From Pseudovirgaria hyperparasitica (taxonomy: Eukaryota), in NCBI GenBank assembly GCA_010093815.1, contig ML996581.1: a stretch of DNA of 51,451 bases. The stretch is one strand, 5' to 3'. Of this stretch, positions 12,447-25,128 are shown piece after piece (the first letter of the stretch is position 1; each line of letters starts with the position of its first letter). A program made the position numbers and the translations under genes. The notes under the pieces were generated by a model that saw nothing but the letters and a program-made list of their open reading frames with translations, was not told where the DNA came from and made no database searches.

Positions 12447-13850
12447 ATGTCTAATACTAGTCCTATCTCTAAGCCTACCTCCTCCTCTCGTAAGACTCGC
12501 TCTAAAGGTATCGCCTCCTCCCCGGCCACGCCGGCTAAGAAGCCCACCTATCGCGGTAGTATAAAGGCGCGCTCTAAGTCGGAGAAGAGAGTAGCTAGGG
12601 CTACTACTACTACTACCTCTACTACTAATATGGCCACTAGTCGCTCTAATCTAGGTAATCCTAGTACTAAACTTATGGATAAAGTGGTCGTAGGTTCTCC
12701 TCTCGCTCTAAAGCGCACGCCGCCTACTCTACCTCCTCTAGAGGATAAAGAAGATCTTATTATAGATGATAATCGCGAGCCCTCGCGCTCACCCACGCCG
12801 CCGCCTCGCCGCTTTTCCTTCCGGTCTAACATGGACCGATTTAGTCGCTCTAGGTCCTTTTAGGACCTTAATATTCGCTCTAAACCCCAGCCTACTAATA
12901 ATAAGGCCTAGGTCGCCGAGGATACTAAACGTGGTCACGGTTTATACTATAGGAAAACGGCGAACTACGGTTCGATATACTATAAGTGTATTAAGGGCTA
13001 TACGGCCGGCTCTAAATATCTCTTTCGCTCTAACTCTAGCATTAGCTACTACTCTACTAACCGCGACGGGCCTATACGCCCTATCTTTACTCTACCTACC
13101 CGCTACCGCCGCTATACCGTGACTAGTAAGACTTATCTATAGGTAAGTATAATGGGCTATCTTAATCTAGTATGATCTAAAGTGGTCCGCGCTAATACAT
13201 TCTTAGGTTCCTATGCGTATATAAGATATATATAACGACCTTCGCGTCCGCGAGACCCTCGGGGGTCCTTATAGCCGCCTATCTACTATATAGAGGGAGT
13301 TTAGGGAGCGCTATAAGCTCTTCCTAGAGGTTATTAAAGTATAAGTTACGAGCACGTTAATTATTTTTAACACCCGTTGATTTTTCTAGCCGCCGCGAGA
13401 TCCCTAGCGCCTAGGCTACCTATTCTAGGGAGTCTATCCTAGCTATAGAGGCCGTAGAGAGGATTCGCTCTATCCCCCCCTATCCGTCTCGCGCTACTAA
13501 CGGATCTCGTAAGAGGTCTACTATTTCTCCCTCTAAGTCGCCTTATAAGAGGGTATATATTCCCTTCTAGATTATTCTAGATCGTGTTAGCTAACTTTAG
13601 ACCTAGTCGCTACGCTCTAGCGCTTAAGGCTCTTCTCTCTAGGCTCTAACGGATCGGGTTATTACTCTAGAGGCTAAGGTCGTCGTTCTCCGCCGCTATG
13701 TCGTGTAGTTAGAGAGGACTATACTAGAGATTAGGACGGATAATAAGATAGAGAAGTAGCTCTATGGTTCTGGCTCTATATGTTAGCTCTATGCCTAGCT
13801 CTATATATTCTAGATCTACTATAGGTGGTGCGCGCCGGCTCTGTTTACCT
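12447..13850 (+). pseudogene. Antisense accessory gene inside chromovirus A: basic S/P/R-rich N-terminus, Cys-rich Zn-cluster-like motif, introns; 3' end approximate
   Basis: ORF 12447-12863 continues in frame through TAG stops to (C)RR(C)TVTSKT(C)L* at 13104-13142. An intron GTAAGT..GCTAAT..TAG (13143-13206) follows, then VPMR... in frame. The Cys calls rest on reverting TAT/TAC to TGT/TGC. Confidence 0.6.
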
Positions 13851-16800
13851 AGCTTTTATCTATTTTAGTCCTTTTTGGACCGTTTAGATACCCGTCGGCC
13901 AGTTTCTAGTAATTTAATTCTTAACTTAATGATATTATATGTGCGCTCGCTTAGCTTATGACTATCGGTTTCTACATTCTAATTTTCCTTGAGTTACCTA
14001 AGTGTGGGCACCGTATATAAATTGGTTTATCTCTATAAATTCCATTAGAGTACCCGAACTAGTGGCCTAGTAGTTATTAGTTTAGATACTCTAACCTTTT
14101 ATATTTCGTGTTAAGAGTTTAATTCTATGGTGGGGTACCTTTTTTTAGGTTCTTAGTCCCATGTTTTTCTCGTGTATAATGGTCCATATTAGTCTATTCT
14201 AGACTCTTCTATGTTATTCTATTGTAGTGTGTCGCGTCGCGTTCCTAAAATGGTTATTTACGCTTTCTTCGCGTCTAGTAACCGTGCGACGCTTGAATTA
14301 TGGGGCTACCATATAGAGTTTTCCTAGTACGCGTCTAGATTTCCTGGTTTAGCACTTCGTTCTCTACGGTATCCTTCTTCTTTTTATAACGACCGCGACG
14401 TCGCTATGCTTATATTAATAATACGCTATTCTATATCTTTTACTTATACGCAGCCATTATAGAACTTAAGATATATACCGCTAGTTCCTAGGTGTCCTCG
14501 TCCTTAGTATAGTCCTTCTAACGGATTCTATATTTCTAAACACCGTCTTTATCAATCCTATGTTTAATAATATAGTCCACTTCGAACACGTCTAGTCCAT
14601 CTTAGGGTATAATAGAGTATAACTATACGTTCGTACGGCCATACACGTTAGGTCGAAATCTTTCGAGTAGTAAGACGTGGAACACGTTATAGATTCTTAT
14701 ATCGCTTCCTAAGTTAAGCTCGTAGACTCTTATACTAATACGACGTTTAATTCGGAAGGGACCAGCCATTTTATAATCGAGCTTCTTATTTACTCGCGAT
14801 GTTCATATATTACGGACGTTAAGAAGGACCTCGTCGCCCTCCTCGTACGTCTAATCCTTAGCTAACCTATTATAGTACTTCGTATACGAGTCGTTTACTT
14901 ATTAGATTATAGCGCGATAGTTACGTACGGTTTTAAAGATTTTAATCGCTAATTCCTAAGCGTGGACGTTCACGTCTATTATTCGATTAAATTAGACCGT
15001 CTAAGGCTTAAAACCTATCCTTAGACTGCGTCCGAGGTTCGCCTAGAAAGGTATAATACCTGTCGTACTATAACGACTATTATTATATACGAACTCTACT
15101 ATACTTAGTAGAGAGGCCTAGTCGTTCTACTTAAAATTATAGAATACACGTAGGTAGGCCTCGAGCGTCTAGTTCTATCGCTCTATCTAGCTATCCGTCT
15201 AAGGATAAAATACTATAGACATATTTCTATTTATACTTACCATTTCGTAGAATAACGTCTAGAATTTAGACGTGAAGGTACTTCCTCGGTCCATAACAAT
15301 CCTTTTTAGTATACCATGGACCTTAATAATCTCGTTCTAGAACACCTACGCTAGTTCTTTAGATGTAATCGTCTTCTACACTAGGATATACCTAGATATC
15401 TTTATAAGTCTATCTATAATAATAAGAATAGAATTATAACTCATCCTAAGTATCTCGCTTAGAGGTAAGTCAACTATAAAGTCTATAGTAATATCTTCCC
15501 ACATAAAGAGGGGGGCTAAAAGAGGCTGTAAATTCCTATATAGCTTATACCTAGGGGCCTTCGTTCTTTGATAAATCGGATAAGTAGCTATCTATTCTTT
15601 AATATACTTGGGTATATCTTTCTAAAAATAGTACTAACGAATTAAGCTTAGGGTACGTATATATCTAAAGTATCCTACTAGGTTAGCGTTATAGTATCGG
15701 CTAACTACGTTAAATCGCGCGTTACCCGTCGGCATATAGTACTTTCTATCATAGTAAAGTAAGCCGTCCATAAAGGTCTACTTATAGTCTACTTTAGTCC
15801 GTAATAACCTATCTTACTATATTTTACGTAACTTTAAAACTATCGGGTCTATCTTCTATAGATCCACGATTAACTAGGCGAGGTTAATTAGATATTTACG
15901 CCGGGTATTATCGCCCTTCCCGACAGCGCTAATAAACGGTCTACTAGGGACTTCGGTACCGCGTCTTTAGTTACCGGCTTCGGTCTTAGAGATTCGATTA
16001 CCGGTATTAACGTTAGCATCTCGCTAATCGCCTAATAACTTAAAATCTAACCTTATCCTTAAGAGTTAGGCCTATAGCTACTCTAGGACCCTATAGCCAC
16101 TATAATCCTAGGCGCCTTCTTTATAGTTAGGTCTTCTTAACATCCTATTAGCTAGGTTTATACTTCTAGGTCGATAGTAGATTATAAAGTAAAAGTTCGT
16201 AAGCTACTTAGCCCATTAGACCTATTAATAGTTTAAAACTATCGTGCTTATAAACCCCTTTAAGTTATAGTAATTAGTTAGTAACTCGACGTTATATATG
16301 GTACCTTTAAGATAATATCGCCACTATTTAAACGACTCTACTATTACTAGTAGCTCTTAGTTATAGATAGTATATCTAGTCTTAACATCGACTATTTTGC
16401 GTAAGAAGAACGTAACTAGATACTATTAGACCTTTTTAGACTTAGTTAGTCTAGACTAGAAGAGAATGCCTAAGATTATAAATTCTAACGCGTTAGTTTC
16501 GACGCGGATAGGTTTAGTTAGGTCGAAGTATACTAGTAATAGGGTAGTTATAAATGCCTCTTTGATTTTCTCGAAGGAGGCCCTTTCGCCTTCCGATAAT
16601 TCTATAGGCTACGATTTAATATTATACTATTTCTATCTACCGCGGACCGTAATAGACGAATCTATGGTAGTAGTACGCGTGTTAAGTAGTACTACTAGCC
16701 GGGAGAAATGCTTAACGAATTTTCGGTAGTAATTAGCGAATCCGATAAAGACACGTATATCTCGAACCGATCTTAGTTTAGACTAGTCCACGATAGTAGC

Positions 16801-19534
16801 GACCCTATCCCTTTCTATGGTTATACCTTAATTAGTAATAACGAAGCTAAGGAAGTTAACGTGGTCCTAGTAGAACTCGTATTTAGATAGCTTAATATAT
16901 AGCTTATGTTTTTCTAGCCTATCTAGGACTACGCGTACGTGCTAGATATGTTCTTCTTTGTTATTAGAGAAGATAAGGATGTTATCGAGGTATACGATGC
17001 ACGTTATATCGAGTAGGCCTACTAGCGCGTTATTAATGTACGCTTAGAAGGTTCCTAGCGCGTTAGTTAGTCTAAAAGGGACTACTATGTACTCGAAGTG
17101 TCTATAACGGGTCCTAAACGCCGTTTTCTACTTATCGCCCTTCTTAATACGTAGGCGGTAGTAGGCATCGCGTAGATTAAGCTTAGTAAAGATCTTCGTG
17201 CGCCCTAGTCTATTAATAGACTCGGAGATAAGAGGTAGTAGGTAACGATTCTTTCGCGTGATATTATTTAGGCTATAGTAGTTAACACATAGACGGAGAC
17301 TCCTATCCTTCTTCTTTATAAAGAGGATTAGAGCTCTAGCTAGGGATATACTAGGCCTAATCTATCCTTATATAAGGTTCTTTTCGATGTATTCTCGAAG
17401 GACCTATAGCTCGGGTTCTAATAGAGGGTAGATGGGTCCGTGTAGGGGTTATTAACCGTCTTCGAGGTTAATAGTAAGGTCGGTAGATTAGTATTAAGGT
17501 AATTTGGACGAGTCGATCGCTAACGCGACATGTTAGTATATTTTATACTAATATAGTAGGTTTTTATCTACTTTAATACTAAGCTCTCTATTTTAAGTAA
17601 GTAAGAGAACGTAGATAGCGGAGATTACCTTTTCGTAGTCCTTCTAGAATTATTCGTCGTCGACTAGCTATACTAGGTTCCATTATAGTAGGTACATGCG
17701 CTAGCCAGCTGTTTTCTAGATGAAGTCTAGTTTCGGGTTATATTTTTCAAGCTACGGTATACCGAGGATTATATCAAAGGGACTATCTACCATGATAAAG
17801 GTTAAGTAGTAGGGTTTCCACTTCCCCCCGCTATCCTAGATGCTATATTTAATAGTATAGATACCCTACGATTTAATAGGACCGTCGATACTATAGAAGG
17901 TAGCACCTATTAGTGCTTGAATATCGACGTTAAGTTCTCGTGCTCGTTAAGTTAATATAACGTTAGTAGCTAAACCGCTATTAAGCATTGCGGTCTAATG
18001 TTATCTATAAGGGACCTCGATAGGCCTAGCCTATAGTTTAATATACTAGTTGGCTAGTTATCCCTCTATTTTAGTTGCGTCTACGAGTCGCGAGGGTTCC
18101 TTATAGATAGTTAGTTTTTTATATCGTGTACCGGGTAGTTAGGCGCGATGTGTCCTAGCTACTAGCACTTATAGTATATAACTAACTTAGTATCTATATT
18201 AGTATTCGGTGGTTTCCCTAAGCGGTACTCGGGTACTATATAGTCTATTCTACCATAGGTATAGTAGGTGACTTTAGGTCGTTTATATAAGTCGTTTCTC
18301 ACGTCTTAATATATCGACTAGTAGAAAGATCCGCGGTACGGGCCTCGTCTTCTTAAGTTCGTAGAGTAGTAGCGCCCATAAGGTGTTCCGCGCGATCTAT
18401 TACTAAACCGGTCCTCTTTAGACGATTTTATATCGGATTAGATTAATAGGGATAGTCGTGCGCCTATACGACGTTAGTTATTTATTATACGCTAATGTTA
18501 TTCTATAAGATTCGCGAGTGCCTAAAGGTTAGTAGAGATAGACATTATAAGGTCGATGCGTTCCTTTACGCTCGGGTTAAGAGACCTTTTAAAGTTATCG
18601 CATTATCGAACCATGTAATCTTCCTCGGCTTCTCTCTAAAGAGGTCGGAGGTATTTAAGGAGTTATAACGGGGATTGTCTCTCTCGCTATTAAGTCTTAA
18701 AGATATAGCTCTAAGCCTATTCGCGTCGCTCGGCTCTATTACCGAAGTATTAAAGAAGGAATTCGGTGAACGTGTCCTAGTTATACGCATCCTTAGGGTG
18801 TTTAATTCGATGTACTATCTAACGTTTAGATGGCGTTAGGTCTAGGTAGTTCTATACGAACCTAATCTTATTACTATCGTTTATAAATAGGTAGAAGAAT
18901 CGGCTATACTAGTAAGCCTATTCGTGAAAGCTCCTCCTGGTTTTACCGTCGAAGTAAGGTGGTTTCTTAGGCCAAGGTAACTAGGATAGTAATAGACTTA
19001 GTTAGACTGTTTTAGCTTAAGTTAATCCATATTAGTATAGATTAGTTGCTACTAGCACTAAAGCGCGTAGTACGGCTTCGAGTCTAGCGGTTCGTCCTCG
19101 CGCTTCATTGAGTTTACGAAGTTACTACTCGAGCTAAGCCTAACGCTACCTCTCCGTGTATAGCTTGGTATATACGTCGTTATAAGGCGTGGTTAACGTT
19201 AGTCGGTTCTAACGAATTAATTCGTTAACGTTAATAGAGTCTAGTCTTATAGTAAGAATAGGTCTAGTATAGTATAAACTAGACCGCGATGGAGTATGAT
19301 GGACTCCTTCCTTATTACCTAGGTAATCTTCTACGGTTATACGGAATACCGTACTAGTTATTAGTGCGATAGCCTATAGGGTGTACTTATCGGTGGAGGT
19401 AGTCATAGGGAGACTATTCTCTTCGTTTAGATTTAGAGAGAGTCTCTCGTATAAGGTAGTGCCACGGGTATTATAGCGCGTAGTAGGAGCTATCTCTATA
19501 AGCTACTATCGTGCTATATAGAGAGGAATTAAAA

Positions 19535-19772
19535 TATAAAGAGTGAAGACGTGGGATAGTAGTCTAATAGTTTATAGAGAGATATAGGAATGTATTTATA
19601 GAGTAATCTTACTCTTATACGAGGTTGATTCCTAACGAGTAGGAATCGGTTTGTACGGTCCACTTATATAGTGACCTCGCTTAACTCAGCTAACTTAACC
19701 TAGCTCTGGCCACTACGTGGCTACATGGATTAGAATGGTCCATATAGGTCCGTTATGGTTCCCGTCCTAACA
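19535..19772 (-). repeat. 5' LTR of chromovirus A
   Basis: TATAAAGAG...CCTAACA, 238 bp, matches 11730-11967. Confidence 0.95.
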
Positions 19773-22700
19773 GTTATAGGTAAGGTTAGAGTAGATAGTA
19801 GAGGCCTCGTAGCTTAGTATATCTACCTTATCTCTCTCGCCTTTATAGTGTTAATATACTTAGCGACTTATCTACGTTTTATATATATTATAGACTATAA
19901 TAGATAGTTTCTATTATAATTAGAGTACTTAGTAGTATCTTTATTATATATATAGTTCTTCTATCCTTTATATAGGTATTCCTAGATATAGTAGTTCTAT
20001 TAGTACTATCCGTAGGTAGCTTTCTAAGAGTATCTCTACCTAGTATATCTATATCTCTAATAGTTAAAGTATTAGATTATTACCTATACTCTATTCTATA
20101 GTTCTACTATAAGTAACTTCCTCTTAGCTAAGAAGCCTTCTTATATAATCTAATAGACGAGGGCGGGGTCTTAGAGCTCTACTATTATAGTAGAATATTT
20201 TTTTAATTTTACTTTAATCCCTTATACATTCTTCTACCACGCCTTTATAATCTTAATTCTAGGGTATTTCTAGTTATTAGATTATTCTATTTACTTAATA
20301 TTATTAGCGCTAATAATATATCCCCGGATAGAAACTATATATATCTATATTAGATATATATTAGCGCGGACGGATATACTAGAGAAGATATTATTAATCG
20401 CGTTTAGGTCGCGGGAGATAGTCTACTAGGCTATATTAGTAGTAGTAGTTAGTACTATACCTTCTAGAGTAAGTTTAGCTATAACTATATTTAACTATAT
20501 TTCTTTTTATTTATTAATCTTATTAATAATATTCTTTAGGGATACCTTCTAGACCTATATAAGGACTTCCTTATCCTAGATAGTAATCTATATACTATAT
20601 ACTTCTTCTATAGATATTCTTAGTATTTAGATTATCCCGGTTATACTATCTAATGGTACCGCGACTTATATCTAAGTAGTTAGATATCTCTCCTAGGTAA
20701 GGCCTTCTTAGATCCTTAGTAGACTAGCCTTAATTTAGTCTAGTCTAGACTCTAGACTCGTTTCTAGTATCTATTTTACTTCTATAGTAAGCCCCTTAAT
20801 ATTCCGGACTAGACTCTAAAAGATATTAAGGAGGGCGGTCTCTCCTTTCTTAACCTCCCTCTCTACACGTGCTATCTAGTATTTAATCTTATCTATAAGG
20901 GTGTCCACGAGTAGAGTCCTCCCTATCTTAGTTATCTATAGTACTTTATACCCCTAGTTATTTTTTATTTTCTAGATAGTAGTTTAGTCGTCCTAGAATA
21001 TACTACTATATAGCTATTTCTATTATACTAGTAGTAGAAGTATATCTAGCGGAAGTTAGAGTATATCGGTGCCGGAGGCCGCTATAATTATTAGTTAAGG
21101 GCTACCCTTAACTAATAAAGGGGGTTAGCATGTTAGCGTTTATTAGTAGTAGTCTATACTTATTACTCTAAAGAGTTTTTAAGTATATATATATAGTATC
21201 TCTATACGTTGGTACTATTATATATTATATACTATACGTACGTATATATATTAGAAGTTATTATACTCGGTATACTCTATTAATTGGTATCTATAGATTG
21301 CTATATCGCCCTAAATTAACTAGTTCTAGTCCCTTCGAGATTAAACTTCCTTAAATACTACTAGTATACGCTTAAACATTAATAGAGATTAGTATAAGTA
21401 ATAGAGTATAAGAAAGTCTAATTTTAGACTATCTTATAATACCTATAGATATAAGTCTACTAGATCCTTATTATCTTACTTAAAGAAGTATTTCTATATA
21501 GAATAAAGATATATAGTAGTATAGTATATAACGTTTTCCTTTACTAGGTGTAATGAATTACTAGCTAGAGCCATAGAAGGATACGTAGACTCTAGTATAA
21601 GTAGCGTAAGAGATAGTATAGTATGTAGGAGAGGTACCTATAATATAATAGATAGCCTTAGATAGTAACCTAAGGCCAAGATAGATATCTATAGGAAGAG
21701 CTAATCATAGGTACTTAGAATAGGTATTCTAAGTAATCTATATAGTAATTAGAAATAGAATATTAGTATTCTAAGTAATATACTAAACGCTTAGAATAAG
21801 CATTCTAATTAGAGAACCTTAGTAGAACTATATAGACCCTTTAGACCTAATCTCTAGAGATAGTTCTATAGTAATTAATTTAAACTTATACTAATATAAT
21901 TACTACTTTACTCGCCTACTAGCTAGTTACTATTTATACTCTATTAATACTTACTATAATTCTACTTACACCTCTCGGAGCCTTCTAAGTACCCTTTACC
22001 TTTAGGAAAACCGGGATACTCTATAGAACGGACTACTTTAGGGATAAGCCGCACCCTTATTAAGGAAGGTTTATTATACTAGGTTATAGTACTTTACTAG
22101 CTTACTTCTCGCGTTATTAATTATAATCTATAGATAGTCTTTAAGCGGTAGATTAGACTATACTTTACTAATAGATATAATAGAAGTAGATTTAGAAAAC
22201 CTAAGGTTATTAAAGTATAATTCTAGAAAGTACATTAATAGAAGAATTTACTAGATTACTCTATAATTAGTCTTATAGTCTCTTCCTTTAGTTCGTAGAA
22301 GTACTTTCTTAATAGATAAGAGAGTATTAATATATATATAAATAATACTCTAGTTATAGTTATTAAGTCTACCTTCTATAACGAATAATAGAATTCTATT
22401 TACTAAGTTAACTACTTTATTATTAGAGTCTTTATCTTTAGTATCTATAAAGAGATCTTAGTTAGACTACTATAGATTACTATATCGCTAACTTTAGAAG
22501 AGAATTTCCTTAATAAACTCGTTAATTATAGCTTATAATATAAGGCTACGCTCTATAAAGTCGTGATAGCTATTCTAGCACGTCTTAACTAGCTTCTTTA
22601 GTTAAACTAGGATAAACTTTATATCCTTTATAAGCGCGTTCTTATTATAAATCTTCTTCTATATAGTCTTAAATCTCTAGTATCTCTTAGTAGAGTAATA

Positions 22701-24179
22701 GATAAAGTAGATAATAGACTAGAGTACTATAATTAGACCTTTTTTCCGCTATTCTTAAAGGAAGGTAAGCTTAGTAATAAGATTCTTAGATAACTTATTA
22801 AATGCATTCTTATTCTTACTAAAAAGAAGCGCCTAGGTAGTAAGATTAAGATAGTATAGAAAGTAATAAAGACGTGAATATTTACCTATACTAGGGAGTT
22901 CCTTTATAAGGAGTTCTACTACTATAGTATTATTATTTACTCTATTAAGGACGAAGTAGCTAACTCTATCTTTAATCCCCTATCTCTTAAGTATAGCTAT
23001 TATTAGATTCTTAAAGTTTTTACTAGTATAGCTACCTCTAATCTCTAGTAGACTAAGGGAAATATCTATAAAGATACTATCCCTATTAATAAAGTATACG
23101 GTATATAACTATAGAGAGAGATAATAGTTTTATAAGCTCTAGCTATTAAATAAGATATAAATCTTTAAGATAGTAGTATTTAGAATACTATAGAGGGATT
23201 TAGAGGCTTCTATATATATCTTTATAATATAGCTCCTAAGAGTATCTATACTTAGCTATATTACTACTTCTATCTCTAGATTTACCTTTATAATAGTATT
23301 ATAGAGATAGCTATTTTTAATTATCTATAGAGACTAAGAGTTAAGGATAATCTACTTAGCTATTAATTAATTAAAGCTATTAGATTGGAAAGTCTTAATA
23401 AGTAGATTTACTATATTCTATTCTATCCTTAACTTCTTAATTATTATCTTAAGTACGTCGCCTTATATACGCTTCCTTTTCCTATCTCTATATATAGAGT
23501 ATTTATTATAGAGATATTCTACTAAGTTTATTATTAAGTCTACCTTAAATTATCTATCTAAACGTCTCTTATAATAGTATATATAATACCACTAGTACTT
23601 TACTCTATTATTTATCTATTAGAGATAATACCCGTATCGCTAGATCTAGCTAAAGCTATTAGCCCGCTTAACTATCTCTATAGACTTAATAAAGAATAAG
23701 AGATATTACTAATTAATATCTTTATATATAGACTTATTATTAGGGTTAATAATAGAGTTATAATCTAGATCTTCTACGCTATCTATATTATCTAATTCTA
23801 TTCTAGAGGGCTCTCGAACTAGATAACTATATAGATTAGTAGATATAGGCTCGTATAGAATAGGGCTAATACTAGAGAGAGATAGTATCGTCGAGTCATA
23901 GGTAGTAGTATCTTAAGTTAGTATTAGATTCTAAGATATATCTTAAGGCTTCTTTATATATATATTACGCTACGAACGCTCGGTCTAGCTATACTACTTT
24001 TTAAATATATCTTAAGAGTACTCCTTAGGGGCACGAATAGACCGCTAGAATACTATATTAAGGTTATTAACGTGTAGTTATTAACACGATAGTATTTAAT
24101 ATATATAGTAAATAAGGGAAGTTAGCCTACGGCCTAACTCTAGTACTTATAAAATTAGAATAATCTTAATACTATAGTC

Positions 24180-24201
24180 TATATATATATATATATATAT
24201 A
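24180..24201. repeat. (TA)n microsatellite
   Basis: (TA)11 read directly. Confidence 0.9.
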
Positions 24202-24500
24202 CTTTAGTTTAGTTTAATTATTTATAGTTTAATACTATCTTAAATTAAAGTTAAACTAAAGTATTAGTTCTTAGTAAGAGACCTTAACTAAACTAAACTA
24301 ACTAGTTCTTAAGGCGGTTAAATTAAAGTTAAACTAATTAATAGAAAGTCTAGTTCAAAGTATATTACCTTTAGGCCTATAGTTAATACCTAGTTTCGGT
24401 TATTATTATAGTTAAATAGAAAAATAACGTTATTATTATATAGAAAAATTACTATTATTTCTATATTCTATATTTAGTTAGAAACTTAATAATATACTAT

Positions 24501-24503
<3 letters not shown>

Positions 24504-24531
<28 letters not shown>
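24504..24531. repeat. (TA)n microsatellite
   Basis: (TA)14 read directly. Confidence 0.9.
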
Positions 24532-25128
24532 AGAATTAGAGCTTTATATACTAACTACTATACTAAAAGAACTAAATCTTAAAGCTACTACTCTTCTAAT
24601 AAGAATCTAAATAGTATATAGAAGATATATATAGTATATATACCTAATAAAAAATCTATATTTTAATCTTTTTCTTCTTCTCTTCTCTATAGTATCTACT
24701 AATAGAGGTTTTCTTAGAATAATTTATCTATCTACTCTTTTTTTAATTCTTTAATATAGAGAGTAAAGGTCTATATAGAAGTAAGTATATTTAGATATTA
24801 TTAAAAAACTTTCAAGTTCTAGAGCTCTAATTTTAAAGATATTAAAGAAAATATAATATTTAAAGAATATAGAAAAATATTTTTCTATCTATGTATATAA
24901 CATGTACTAAGTGTCGCGCTAAAAAAGGTATAGACCGGGGACAGCACACTGATTAGCTACAGTAACAAGCCCGGACGTGACAGCCTCTCGGCCACAAATC
25001 CACCCTCGCGCACAACTGTGATTCAAACTGTGTCTCCTCAGCCCTATAATTTGAACGGAATATATAAACCTATATCTATATAATTTGACGGTACCTCCCA
25101 GGTCACGGCCCTATCTTATCCTCCGGCT

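Larger units (their letters stand above)
11730..19772 (-). mobile_element. Ty3/Gypsy chromovirus, family A, full length (8043 bp), RIP-mutated
   Basis: 238-bp LTRs with a 5-bp TSD GTTAT (11725-11729 / 19773-19777). Minus-strand RT reads FTKL(D)LRDAY..KTAFRTRY(G)HFEY and VYLD(D)IL (~16975-17190). A chromodomain FEVD..(W)KDY..EDT(W)E lies at ~14480-14600. An AAAAAAC slippery site is at 18114-18120, and a purine tract sits next to the 3' LTR. Confidence 0.95.
7996..21379 (-). mobile_element. Full-length RIP-mutated Tad1-like LINE, interrupted by chromovirus A
   Basis: The 3' (TTA)n tail is at ~7996-8010. The TSD TAATAGAGATTAGTATAA is at 7978-7995 and 21380-21397. Minus-strand RT motifs are GYADD (~9574-9588), G.(P)(Q)GS.IS.ILFLF (~9630-9680) and SL(D)IAGAF(D) (~9825-9855). 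Confidence 0.9.
7289..24352. mobile_element. RIP-degraded hAT-like TIR DNA transposon (~3.7 kb native length), interrupted by a LINE
   Basis: TIRs are CAGACTTCCTATCAA (7289) and TTAATAGAAAGTCTA (ending 24352), which differ only by transitions. The 8-bp TSD is GTTCGAAG (7281-7288) / GTTCAAAG (24353-24360). Subterminal (GTT)AAACTAAA repeats occur at both ends. The transposase (probably within 21400-24000) is too mutated to read with confidence. Confidence 0.75.

Noticed and set aside
16466..18790. ORFs 16466-16729 (+) and 18566-18790 (-), and likewise 37139-37336 and 44705-45004
   Set aside because: Chance, antisense or junction-spanning frames inside RIP-mutated elements, not independent genes.
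23535..23575. Possible hAT dimerisation motif (S(E)RL)
   Set aside because: It needs several assumed reversions and lacks the following FS, so it was not used as evidence.
24361..24900. AT-rich stretch right of the hAT element as a separate transposon
   Set aside because: No termini, TSD or coding motif could be identified.
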